DNA of 64,000 nt from Escherichia phage kaaroe, in the sequence record MN850574.1. The stretch is one strand, 5' to 3'. The stretch's first letter is position 1. Each line of letters begins with the position of its first letter. The position numbers and the translations under genes are program-made. Shown here one piece after another: positions 51,446 to 59,630 of this stretch. Below the pieces are notes generated by a model. That model had not been told where the DNA came from. It searched no databases and saw nothing but the letters and a program-made list of their open reading frames with translations.

Positions 51446-51715
51446 ATGGCACTGACTAAAACCACTACCAACTTTGCAAAACGTCACGGCTTCGACATTG
51501 AAATCAATAGCTTTAACGATTACACTCTTCTGTGTGTATATGAAATCGAAAATGATTGCGAGTGGATGTTCAGCTATCGCGTAAACGAAGACGGATCTTT
51601 CACTTGGAACGGAAATATCTATCTTGCACAGGAAGTAAAAGAAGAACTTCCGGCGAATATCAAAGATGAGAAACATTTACGTCAAGTTTTAAAATTTATT
51701 TCTGAAAATATCTAA
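51446..51715 (+). CDS. hypothetical protein (89 aa)
   Basis: ORF track; GGAGAATCAAAC SD. Confidence 0.5.
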   Translation: MALTKTTTNFAKRHGFDIEINSFNDYTLLCVYEIENDCEWMFSYRVNEDGSFTWNGNIYLAQEVKEELPANIKDEKHLRQVLKFISENI

Positions 51716-51723
51716 AAAAGTTG

Positions 51724-51757
51724 TTGACACCAAAGTAAGAACATAGCATAATACACC
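51724..51757 (+). promoter_or_regulatory. PeSL-like early promoter cassette
   Basis: TTGACA ... CATAATACACCC; conserved leader. Confidence 0.55.
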
Positions 51758-51785
51758 CATACCGAAACGAACTGGAGAATCAAAA

Positions 51786-52067
51786 ATGAAATTCATCAAA
51801 GCAACCGAAATCCTGAAAAACAAAGAAGCATACATCGGAAACATCGTTGGTATGAACATTCGCGGCGCTGGTAGCCAGTGGACCAAACTGGTTGATGTTA
51901 AAGCTAAAGGCGATAAAATTGAGTTCACTGTAAAAATGCTTACTCATAACGCACATATGGGTATCAAGACAAAAACGATGGCAGCAGATAAAAGCATTAA
52001 CTATCAGGGTCTGGGTGATTGGCTGAACTGGTGCAAAATGCACAATATCGAAACTAATCACGAATAA
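51786..52067 (+). CDS. hypothetical protein (93 aa)
   Basis: ORF track; GGAGAATCAAAA SD. Confidence 0.5.
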   Translation: MKFIKATEILKNKEAYIGNIVGMNIRGAGSQWTKLVDVKAKGDKIEFTVKMLTHNAHMGIKTKTMAADKSINYQGLGDWLNWCKMHNIETNHE

Positions 52068-52081
52068 TTTTAAAAAAGTTG

Positions 52082-52110
52082 TTGACGGGGATCGGGAGAT
52101 CCCCTATAAT
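52082..52110 (+). promoter_or_regulatory. PeSL-like early promoter cassette
   Basis: TTGACG, GGGGATCGGGAGATCCCC, TATAAT; conserved leader. Confidence 0.6.
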
Positions 52111-52143
52111 ACACACATAACGAAACGAAATAGGAGAATCAAA

Positions 52144-52311
52144 ATGTTCGAGACTAAAGCAGCATGTGAAGCATATATCATTGAAACCCACGGCGAAGAT
52201 TATCTGAAATTTGACATTGTAGTAGCACAGAAGATTGTAGGGATGGTTGCAAAATATCTGGGTGTTAAAGAAGGTTACTATCCGAGCAACGCACCAGAAA
52301 TTAACAAATAA
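52144..52311 (+). CDS. hypothetical protein (55 aa); near-identical copy of 48864-49031
   Basis: MFETKAACEAYIIETHGEDYLKFDIVVAQK...; below track cutoff. Confidence 0.5.
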   Translation: MFETKAACEAYIIETHGEDYLKFDIVVAQKIVGMVAKYLGVKEGYYPSNAPEINK

Positions 52312-52325
52312 TTTTATAAAAAGTA

Positions 52326-52354
52326 TTGACAGGGGAGGATAACTCCCCTACAAT
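52326..52354 (+). promoter_or_regulatory. PeSL-like early promoter cassette
   Basis: TTGACA, GGGGAG-GATAA-CTCCCC, TACAAT; conserved leader. Confidence 0.6.
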
Positions 52355-52394
52355 ACAACCATCAAGACGAGATACCACTTAGGAGAATCAAACA

Positions 52395-52646
52395 ATGGCT
52401 AACATCGAAACCGCAAAGAAAATCGCTAAAGACCTGAACGTTAAAGGCTTCCGTAAACTGAAATTACAGCGTGTACGCTACACCATCGGCAAACAGTGCT
52501 CTTTCATGAGCGAAGAAGTTGCTAACAGCCTCATTGATAACCTGATTGCGGCTGGCTGGGAAGTTGCGGATCTGAAAACTTGCCGCGAACTGGCTAACAA
52601 AGGTCTTTTAGATTCTGTTACTATCAAACCAATGGGGGCAGCGTGA
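52395..52646 (+). CDS. hypothetical protein (83 aa); first gene of the coupled operon
   Basis: ORF track; GGAGAATCAAAC SD. Confidence 0.5.
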   Translation: MANIETAKKIAKDLNVKGFRKLKLQRVRYTIGKQCSFMSEEVANSLIDNLIAAGWEVADLKTCRELANKGLLDSVTIKPMGAA

Positions 52647-52888
52647 AAAGAAAATTAATTAAACGCAATAAGGAATTTCTTAATAACTGCATTAAGGCCG
52701 CTAATGGTTGGCCTTTGTGCCTCTTCCTTTATGATTGGTATTCTAAACAATCAGTTGAGGAAACACGACACTATAAGAAGATCAGAAAAGAATCATATAC
52801 AAAACAAGGCCGCATTAACGGACTTTACTTAATGTGGCACGGCAAAGAACCTTCTAAAATCTGCGTTGGATTAAAGGGGCGTATATGA
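52643..52888 (+). CDS. hypothetical basic protein (81 aa)
   Basis: ORF track; start overlaps previous stop. Confidence 0.5.
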   Translation: MKRKLIKRNKEFLNNCIKAANGWPLCLFLYDWYSKQSVEETRHYKKIRKESYTKQGRINGLYLMWHGKEPSKICVGLKGRI

Positions 52889-53601
52889 AACAAAAATTAA
52901 TATTCTGTAACTTTGACGGATCGGGGATAATGGGGCTAGAATGGGCTAAAGCAGGTCATAAGGTGATCTGCTTTAATGCTGACGATGGCGACCACGGCAC
53001 ATACAAAAAGTATAATACCAGATTTGAACACCCAAACATTACCTATGTAAACACATGGATTGATTTGAACTGGCTAGAAAGAGCAATGGACCTTGAATGG
53101 GGGAAACCGGATATTATCTTTGCATTCCCACCGTGCACCAATTTAGCTGTTAGTGGCGCTGCACACTTTGAACGAAAGAAACGAGAACAAGGACCATTGA
53201 TTCAAGTTCATGATGTAAGGGCAGCTAAAATAACCGCTTATTTGGGTGAATGGCTAGGAGTTCCCTACATGATAGAGAATCCTGTAAGCGTTATCTCTAG
53301 CATGTGGCGTAAGCCTGATTACATGTTCCACCCGTGGGAATATGGCGGTTATTTGCCGGAAGATGATAAACATCCTACTTTTCCTGAGTATATCGCCGCC
53401 CGTGATATGTACCCGAAAAAGACTTGCTTATGGACCGGACAAGGCTTTATAATGCCAGAAAAGAAACCGTTGCAGATTAATAAAGGGTACAGTAAACAGC
53501 ATTCTAAGCTAGGCGGGAAAGGAACGAAAACAAAGACTATCAGGTCACTTACCCCGCGAGGATTCGCAAAGGCAGTATTTGAAGCAAATAAGGATCTATG
53601 A
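52885..53601 (+). CDS. short DNA C5-cytosine methyltransferase-like protein (no obvious target-recognition domain)
   Basis: 238 aa; motif I-like FDGSGIMG, motif IV-like FPPCTNLAVSGA, motif VI-like IENPVSV. Confidence 0.55.
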   Translation: MKQKLIFCNFDGSGIMGLEWAKAGHKVICFNADDGDHGTYKKYNTRFEHPNITYVNTWIDLNWLERAMDLEWGKPDIIFAFPPCTNLAVSGAAHFERKKREQGPLIQVHDVRAAKITAYLGEWLGVPYMIENPVSVISSMWRKPDYMFHPWEYGGYLPEDDKHPTFPEYIAARDMYPKKTCLWTGQGFIMPEKKPLQINKGYSKQHSKLGGKGTKTKTIRSLTPRGFAKAVFEANKDL

Positions 53602-53936
53602 TGAGATTGTTTAAGTATTCGCTAACGTCAAATTACGATAAACAAGGTCATTGCATCCGTTGCCCTGATTGTCATAGCCATAACATCGAAAGCAAGATCA
53701 CCGATCATATTGATGGACTTTGGTCGCCAGCAAGTGAAATAGAATACTATTGCGCTGATTGTGGAATTGTAGTAGCATATTGGGCATACGGATCATATGA
53801 TCCATACTTCCAGATGGGAGAACGTTCAATCCCTGCGCTTATCTGGAGAATTAAGAACAATATCCGCTATTCATGGGATGAGTTCTTAAAAGATATTGAT
53901 TTACGTGATGATCCATTCAGGAGAACTATATTATGA
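53598..53936 (+). CDS. zinc-finger protein (112 aa)
   Basis: CIRCPDCHSH ... CADCG cysteine clusters; start overlaps previous stop. Confidence 0.5.
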   Translation: MMRLFKYSLTSNYDKQGHCIRCPDCHSHNIESKITDHIDGLWSPASEIEYYCADCGIVVAYWAYGSYDPYFQMGERSIPALIWRIKNNIRYSWDEFLKDIDLRDDPFRRTIL

Positions 53937-54112
53937 TAACACCACAACTACACGGTAAAGAGATTTGCGATCTTACTTGGGAAGAGTTGGTCATGTATCG
54001 CGACACCTACAAATGGTTTGAATCCATGAAAGAATTTGTAGCAGCAGTACGAGAAGAAATGAGCATTCGCCAGTATGCGGACGCATATATTGAAAAGGTA
54101 AGCACACTATGA
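53933..54112 (+). CDS. hypothetical protein (59 aa)
   Basis: MITPQLHGKEICDLTWEELVMYRDTYKWF...; overlaps neighbours on both sides; below track cutoff. Confidence 0.45.
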   Translation: MITPQLHGKEICDLTWEELVMYRDTYKWFESMKEFVAAVREEMSIRQYADAYIEKVSTL

Positions 54113-54627
54113 ACCGTTTAACGCCTAAACGCCGTTACTATACCAATACTAAAAACTTTGTCATCTCTGTTTATGAGGCGTGGTTAGAAGATGGCTTTAT
54201 CAACATGAACCCAGATTATCAGCGTCCTTTGGTATGGGACACCGAAAACAAACGTATGTTTATCGAAAACCTGATTAATGATTTTCCGGTTGGTGCTATC
54301 GCAATGGCTAAGATTGATGATGGCTCTCGCTATGAGATCGAAATCGTGGACGGTAAACAGCGTTTAAACGCAATATTCTCCTTCATGAAGGATGAGTTTA
54401 GCATTGCTGGTAATGATGATTCTATGTTGTATTACAGTGATTTTACGCCAGCAGAAAAGCGACGTTTCCGAAATCTCGGACTACCCGCGATCATGATGGA
54501 AGAGAGCACACGAGAAGACCGATTAGAGTATTTCTACAAAACAAACTTTTTCGGTGTGCCTCAATCGGAAGAACATCGCCAGCATGTGATTGCCCTATTG
54601 CAAGATGAGCAATTAAAAAATAACTAA
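54109..54627 (+). CDS. DUF262-like (ParB/Srx-fold, GmrSD/DndB N-terminal-type) domain protein
   Basis: 172 aa; PDYQRPLVWD...FPVGAIAMA...YEIEIVDGKQRLNAIFSF (DGQQR-type motif). Confidence 0.55.
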   Translation: MNRLTPKRRYYTNTKNFVISVYEAWLEDGFINMNPDYQRPLVWDTENKRMFIENLINDFPVGAIAMAKIDDGSRYEIEIVDGKQRLNAIFSFMKDEFSIAGNDDSMLYYSDFTPAEKRRFRNLGLPAIMMEESTREDRLEYFYKTNFFGVPQSEEHRQHVIALLQDEQLKNN

Positions 54628-54635
54628 AAAAGTTG

Positions 54636-54664
54636 TTGACAGGGGATCATCGATCCCCTATAAT
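54636..54664 (+). promoter_or_regulatory. PeSL-like early promoter cassette
   Basis: TTGACA, GGGGATCATCGATCCCC, TATAAT; conserved leader. Confidence 0.6.
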
Positions 54665-54698
54665 ACACACATACCGAAACGAACTAGGAGAATCAAAC

Positions 54699-54878
54699 AT
54701 GAAACACTTAACCATCGAATCGGCAATCATCGCAATCGCTAAAGTTCAAGCGGCTTATAATTGCACTGACATTGAAGCCATTTCAAAAATGCAAGCAGAA
54801 GCAGCAAAAGCGGGTGACGAGAAATCTTTAGATGTTCTCTGCGAAATCAAAGCAGAATTGATTTCAAAAATGTTCTAA
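54699..54878 (+). CDS. hypothetical protein (59 aa)
   Basis: Internal ATG of track ORF after AGGAGAATCAAAC. Confidence 0.5.
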   Translation: MKHLTIESAIIAIAKVQAAYNCTDIEAISKMQAEAAKAGDEKSLDVLCEIKAELISKMF

Positions 54879-54884
54879 AAGTTG

Positions 54885-54919
54885 TTGACATAACAGAGGG
54901 TGTATATCACAATACACCC
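54885..54919 (+). promoter_or_regulatory. PeSL-like early promoter cassette
   Basis: TTGACA; GGGTGTATATCACAATACACCC palindrome; conserved leader. Confidence 0.55.
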
Positions 54920-54949
54920 ATACCGAAACGAACTACTAAGGAGTATCAA

Positions 54950-55162
54950 ATGGCTAACATCGAAATCATCATTACCGACGTAACTTATGACCGCATTAAC
55001 GAAATCGGTACTGCATTACTGGAAGATGGAACAACTCGTACCATCAACTACGCAGAATACGTTGAAATGCGCGGTTGTATTAAACGAGTAGGAAAATATA
55101 TCCTGATTGAAAAAGACTATTCAGGATACACCTTAGAGCAATTGCTCGATGGTGCATTATAA
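54950..55162 (+). CDS. hypothetical protein (70 aa)
   Basis: ORF track; AAGGAGTATCAA SD. Confidence 0.5.
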   Translation: MANIEIIITDVTYDRINEIGTALLEDGTTRTINYAEYVEMRGCIKRVGKYILIEKDYSGYTLEQLLDGAL

Positions 55163-55167
55163 TAAAT

Positions 55168-55188
55168 GGGGGCGTTAAGCCCCTTTTT
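55168..55188 (+). terminator. intrinsic terminator
   Basis: GGGGGC-GTTAA-GCCCC followed by TTTTTC. Confidence 0.6.
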
Positions 55189-55229
55189 CATAAATATAGG
55201 TTTATAGGTTATCAACTAGAGGATATAAA

Positions 55230-57281
55230 ATGTTTAACTTAGAAATCGACGATCTAATGATTGAATCTTTCGAGAAATGGCTGTTGACGGAAGAGGAAGA
55301 AAACTTTGGCAGTATTGCTCCGGTACAGTGCTTAAAGCCTAAGCAGAATCCTAAACAGCTTTTTGCAGTACAGACACGCGATAAAGATGTGATTGTCCGT
55401 CTTTGTAACTTCACCAACAAAACACCTAAAATCATTCGTATGGGTGACAAGACCGCACATGTTGTACTGTGCGAAATGAACAAAAGCGGTCGTATTGTAC
55501 AGCTTAAAAATGGTCTAGGCGATAACCCGATTGCAGTTATGTCAAGTGCTTTTGATGTGGTTATGGAAACAGCCCGTAAAGCGCAATTAGACGCTGTTAT
55601 GTTCCGTTTTAACGTATCCCGCATGAAAGGTAAGACCGAACTGGTTAAGCGCGTTATAGAGCGTTTGGTGCGTCGTACACCGAAGTTTGAAGTATTCCAG
55701 CAGGAAGTAATGACCAGCAAAAAGATCGCTTTAGTTGTTGTCAAGCGTCGCGGGATGGCGATTGATAAGATTAAAGGTATTAAACTTGATGAATCCTTGT
55801 TCACTAAAGTAGAAAGTGATTTAGGTGATCGCTGGGTATCTAAGGCTACTGGTGAATCTCTGACTAAAGATGAGGCATATGCGGCTAGTCTTGTGTCAGA
55901 AGAAGAACGAAACGCGGAAGCAGAACAACGCGTAGCGGCTAAATCTCGTTTGACTAAAGAAGAAATGCTGAAAACTCAAGCGACATATAACAGCGACTAC
56001 GTGAATCATCCAGAAAAAATTAATCTTAAACCGGAAGAAGATATCACCGAAGCAGAACCTAAGAAACAGTTTAATACTCTGATTGACCGTCAAGCCTTAG
56101 AACGTTCAACCGCCCGTTCTCTGAATGACTGGACAAGTGATATTATCACTCGCTATGGTTTCATGCGTACTATTTTTGAAAGCGAAGCCGATGCAAAATA
56201 CGCAGTAAGCGAACTGGTAAAAGTTCAGGATCAATATGATCCATTGTCTGCGGAAGTTATCGCAGCCTCGGTCAAACGCTTAAAAGAAATCATGAGCGAG
56301 GAAGTATTCGAAAACAAGATCACCGCCCTGGCAATGGATCGAGTAGACCAGTCTATGCCAGCAGATGTAAAAGCTGAAATGCTGCGTAGTCATATCACCC
56401 AGATTAAAACAGATGCCCTACGTAATATTGCCTCCGGTATGTTTGAAGCAATTGCTAGCAACATGGGTGAAATGATGGCAGATATTGATCTTGATCTGCC
56501 GGGCGCGGAAGGTTTTGTGTTGAGCGAATATGCCGATGCAGCATACATCAATATGAACAACTTCCTAACCGACCGTAAGCTGGAAGAGTTTGAAGGCATC
56601 GCAGATCCAGAAGAATTGGTCAAGATGTGCGATGCACTGGATAATGCCTTCTCCAACTATGGCGTTAAACTTGATCCGGGTACTATTCTGTATCGTGGTA
56701 TGGACTTCCGGTCGCAAATGTGGGAAACTGCACGTAAGCAAAAAGCGTTTTACTTTAAAAACTATGTGAGCACTTCCCTTGCACCTAACATTTTTGGCGG
56801 CTGGAATGCAAACGTGGCTAGTGCCGTTGCTGGTGTTGATTCTATGGCTGGCTCTCGCGGTGAAGGTGGCGCTAATGTTGCTTTCTCCATTGCTGGCGCG
56901 GAAAACATCCCTGTATTGCCAGTAGGTAACAAAGCATTTGCTTACAAAGAATGCGAGATTTTACTTCCTCGCGGTGTTGTGTTATCCTTTGATACGGTAA
57001 CTCGTGCTACGGCATCGACGGATTCACAAGAAACTTATTACATCGAGGCACATATTATGAACAAAAATGAACTGGCAGCATTACAAGAATCTGGCGAGAT
57101 GATCGCGGACGGTGATGCATTCATCCGTGAAGGTGTTGTTAAACCGGCTTCTGACCTGTCTTTCTCCAGCTTCATTAGCGAAGCTAAAACCGAACGTAAG
57201 AAAGCAGATAAGGCAACTCTACGTCAGCTTATCGCTGATCTGGTATCTGTAGACGCAATGCCAGATAAATTTAAAATGTAA
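55230..57281 (+). CDS. alt: Alt-like ADP-ribosyltransferase (packaged RNA polymerase-modifying enzyme)
   Basis: 683 aa (T4 Alt is of similar length); C-terminal R-S-E triad (LYRG, YVSTSL, ECEILLPRG); between ligase and baseplate genes. Confidence 0.8.
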   Translation: MFNLEIDDLMIESFEKWLLTEEEENFGSIAPVQCLKPKQNPKQLFAVQTRDKDVIVRLCNFTNKTPKIIRMGDKTAHVVLCEMNKSGRIVQLKNGLGDNPIAVMSSAFDVVMETARKAQLDAVMFRFNVSRMKGKTELVKRVIERLVRRTPKFEVFQQEVMTSKKIALVVVKRRGMAIDKIKGIKLDESLFTKVESDLGDRWVSKATGESLTKDEAYAASLVSEEERNAEAEQRVAAKSRLTKEEMLKTQATYNSDYVNHPEKINLKPEEDITEAEPKKQFNTLIDRQALERSTARSLNDWTSDIITRYGFMRTIFESEADAKYAVSELVKVQDQYDPLSAEVIAASVKRLKEIMSEEVFENKITALAMDRVDQSMPADVKAEMLRSHITQIKTDALRNIASGMFEAIASNMGEMMADIDLDLPGAEGFVLSEYADAAYINMNNFLTDRKLEEFEGIADPEELVKMCDALDNAFSNYGVKLDPGTILYRGMDFRSQMWETARKQKAFYFKNYVSTSLAPNIFGGWNANVASAVAGVDSMAGSRGEGGANVAFSIAGAENIPVLPVGNKAFAYKECEILLPRGVVLSFDTVTRATASTDSQETYYIEAHIMNKNELAALQESGEMIADGDAFIREGVVKPASDLSFSSFISEAKTERKKADKATLRQLIADLVSVDAMPDKFKM

Positions 57282-57298
57282 TTTTTAAGAAATAATGG

Positions 57299-57327
57299 TT
57301 GACTCAAACGGGGACTAGTTTTATACT
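57299..57327 (+). promoter_or_regulatory. sigma70-type promoter with palindromic spacer
   Basis: TTGACT, CGGGGACTAGT...ACTAGCCCCG inverted repeat, TATACT. Confidence 0.5.
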
Positions 57328-57359
57328 AGCCCCGTTTTCTGTTATATGGGAGGTTTAAA

Positions 57360-58184
57360 ATGTTCAAGAAATTACAGGATTTTCGTCTTTCAGAAGAATC
57401 ACGCGAATCAATGATGGAACGTATGGATAATTACATCGAAACATATGACATTGAGGGGATTAATGGTTACATGATCACTGAGATGATCAGCGATCAGATT
57501 AACTTTGATGATTATGTGAAGGTTATCCGCTTCCTTGAGCGCGAGACACAAGATTATGGATTTGTAAAGAAAATCATTAATGTGATGTATGAAGTACACT
57601 CCGAAGACTTTGGAGATAATGTATTCAAACATTACAAACATAACAACATAACCCCAGCAGAATATAATGCAATCTGTGATTATGTGTCTGAACAATACGA
57701 ATGGGTAAATGGTGCTCTCTTAGGGGAAGAAGACATGACCGATGAGATATCAGAGATTGTTGATTTGATGGATTGTGTCATGGATAAAACCGAAAAGTTA
57801 AACGGTACTCTTTATCGAGGTCAACATCTTGACATTCAGACAATAGAGCGTATCATTGAAGATAAGGAGTTTACCTTTAAAAACTTTGTATCTACCAGCA
57901 TGACACCGATCATCTTTGGAGGATGGCTATCAAACAGCACTAGCCTTTATTGTGAGAATCGATATGAATCAATGACCGGAAAGATGCAACATTCTTGTAA
58001 TGTATCATGGGTAATTGACGTAAAAGATCATAAAGGTTTTGTTGTTGGGTCAATTGCATGGAACCCTTGCGAATGTGAAGTAATTTTACCGCGAGGGACT
58101 TGCGTCAAGGTAAACGACGTAGTAGAATCTTTCGGCGATGAGAATCGTAGACAATTTACAATTTTCGGTGAGGTGACTAAATGA
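57360..58184 (+). CDS. second ADP-ribosyltransferase (paralog of the Alt catalytic domain)
   Basis: 274 aa; LYRGQ, FKNFVSTSM, ECEVILPRG aligned with the Alt C-terminus. Confidence 0.7.
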   Translation: MFKKLQDFRLSEESRESMMERMDNYIETYDIEGINGYMITEMISDQINFDDYVKVIRFLERETQDYGFVKKIINVMYEVHSEDFGDNVFKHYKHNNITPAEYNAICDYVSEQYEWVNGALLGEEDMTDEISEIVDLMDCVMDKTEKLNGTLYRGQHLDIQTIERIIEDKEFTFKNFVSTSMTPIIFGGWLSNSTSLYCENRYESMTGKMQHSCNVSWVIDVKDHKGFVVGSIAWNPCECEVILPRGTCVKVNDVVESFGDENRRQFTIFGEVTK

Positions 58185-58666
58185 AAATGATTAAACTGAT
58201 TGGTCTTGCGGCTGCATTCATGCTTACTGGTTGTGCCAACATGGAAGCTATGATGAATGCTAAATCAGATCCGGTTTTCTTGCTTCGTGAATGTAAAGCA
58301 GCATATGCAAGTGATGATCAGATCGAATCATGCTTTATTTCTAAAATGGAACGTCGAGACGTAGATCGAGTTAAAGTTGGTTTAGCACCACAAACGCAGA
58401 TGTTCAAGGAGGCAATCAAAGAAGCGCGGGAAGAGAAAGCACAAGAAGAAAAGAAGCGTCAAGAAGAATTGCGCAAGCAGAAAGAAGAGTCTATACAACT
58501 TGAGAAGATGAAAGCGCGGGATCGCTGTATTATCATGTCTGACATGCAGATAGAGCAAGAAGCAAGAAAGGCAGCATTAAACGGTGATTATGACCGTTAT
58601 GAAGAACTTAACAGCGCAGAATTTCAAACTAAGGCACTAAAATATTGCAATGATTTAGCAAAATAA
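58181..58666 (+). CDS. lipoprotein (161 aa)
   Basis: Signal peptide with lipobox MLTGC; charged coiled-coil middle region; start overlaps previous stop. Confidence 0.6.
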   Translation: MKMIKLIGLAAAFMLTGCANMEAMMNAKSDPVFLLRECKAAYASDDQIESCFISKMERRDVDRVKVGLAPQTQMFKEAIKEAREEKAQEEKKRQEELRKQKEESIQLEKMKARDRCIIMSDMQIEQEARKAALNGDYDRYEELNSAEFQTKALKYCNDLAK

Positions 58667-58668
58667 AA

Positions 58669-58692
58669 AGGCGGGGATAATCCCCGCCTTTC
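58669..58692. terminator. bidirectional terminator between convergent genes
   Basis: GGCGGGGA-TAA-TCCCCGCC flanked by A-run upstream and T-run downstream. Confidence 0.65.
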
Positions 58693-58697
58693 GCTTA

Positions 58698-59630
58698 TCA
58701 GAACCAGTTAGTGACAGTATTCACCACACGCCCACCAACGCCATTTAGACGCGATAAAGCATTACCAGCAGCAGATAACCCACTATCAAGTAAATTATTG
58801 CCGAAAGTGTTTGTTATTGCGTTTATTGCCTTATCCTCAATCCATTCTCGCGCGGCTTGCTCTCCTACAGCACCAGTTTGCATAGTCCTATACGCAAAAG
58901 TAACATCGAATGTTGTAATTTCGTTGTTATTTTCATAGGTTAATTCCGGTGCACTCACACCAACAGGAACACAACCATTAAACATCATGATCGTGTGAGG
59001 AACTCCCATTCGGTTATGTAAGTTAACCTGAATATCTGCTTCAACGTCAACAGGAAGCGCACGAAGCCCTGTAACGGGGTCTTCTACTGAGTTAACCCAA
59101 TCCTGCATTGCTCTATAGTTTGATGCGCTAGAGTCCATTCTAAAGCTCAATACAAGCGGATCGAAATCACGTCCGGTAATTCGAATGTTTGGCGCATTGT
59201 GGTTACGGTCCATTTCATAATTCAATCTGTTTTCTGGAACCTTAACAGCATACACCAGAAGACCGCTTGTCTTATATGCCATATTGAACCAGTCAAGCGC
59301 ATATGTACCAACATCAAATTGCCCCAGAAGAGATTGAACTACGCGGGATGACATTGCACCTAAAAGATACTTTTTGACACCGGATGAATCAACAGCACGC
59401 CTAACACCCTGTACAGCAAGATTTGTTAATGCGTCAGTATAATCACCACGAGTAATCCCGAAATAGTCATTTAATGCATTTGGTATAATATCATATACCG
59501 CACCGCCCATACTTTCTAGGATCGCTTGTGTCTTATTACTTGGAGTGGTGGCAAATGCCACGCTGAATAAGTTAGATCGCTGAAAGTCAAGGTTAGCGGC
59601 TTGTTCGTTAAAATCATTTAAATCAAACAT
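58698..59630 (-). CDS. 54: baseplate tail tube initiator
   Basis: 310 aa; N-terminus MFDLNDFNEQAANLDFQRSNLFSVAFATTPS resembles T4 gp54. Confidence 0.85.
   Translation of the reverse strand: MFDLNDFNEQAANLDFQRSNLFSVAFATTPSNKTQAILESMGGAVYDIIPNALNDYFGITRGDYTDALTNLAVQGVRRAVDSSGVKKYLLGAMSSRVVQSLLGQFDVGTYALDWFNMAYKTSGLLVYAVKVPENRLNYEMDRNHNAPNIRITGRDFDPLVLSFRMDSSASNYRAMQDWVNSVEDPVTGLRALPVDVEADIQVNLHNRMGVPHTIMMFNGCVPVGVSAPELTYENNNEITTFDVTFAYRTMQTGAVGEQAAREWIEDKAINAITNTFGNNLLDSGLSAAGNALSRLNGVGGRVVNTVTNWF

Noticed and set aside
47284-54919. Possible CRISPR array suggested by regularly recurring ~35-nt palindromic repeats
   Set aside because: Repeat spacing is irregular (0.2-0.7 kb), every interval contains a well-formed ORF with an RBS, and the repeats contain promoter hexamers; this is a promoter cassette family, not a CRISPR array.
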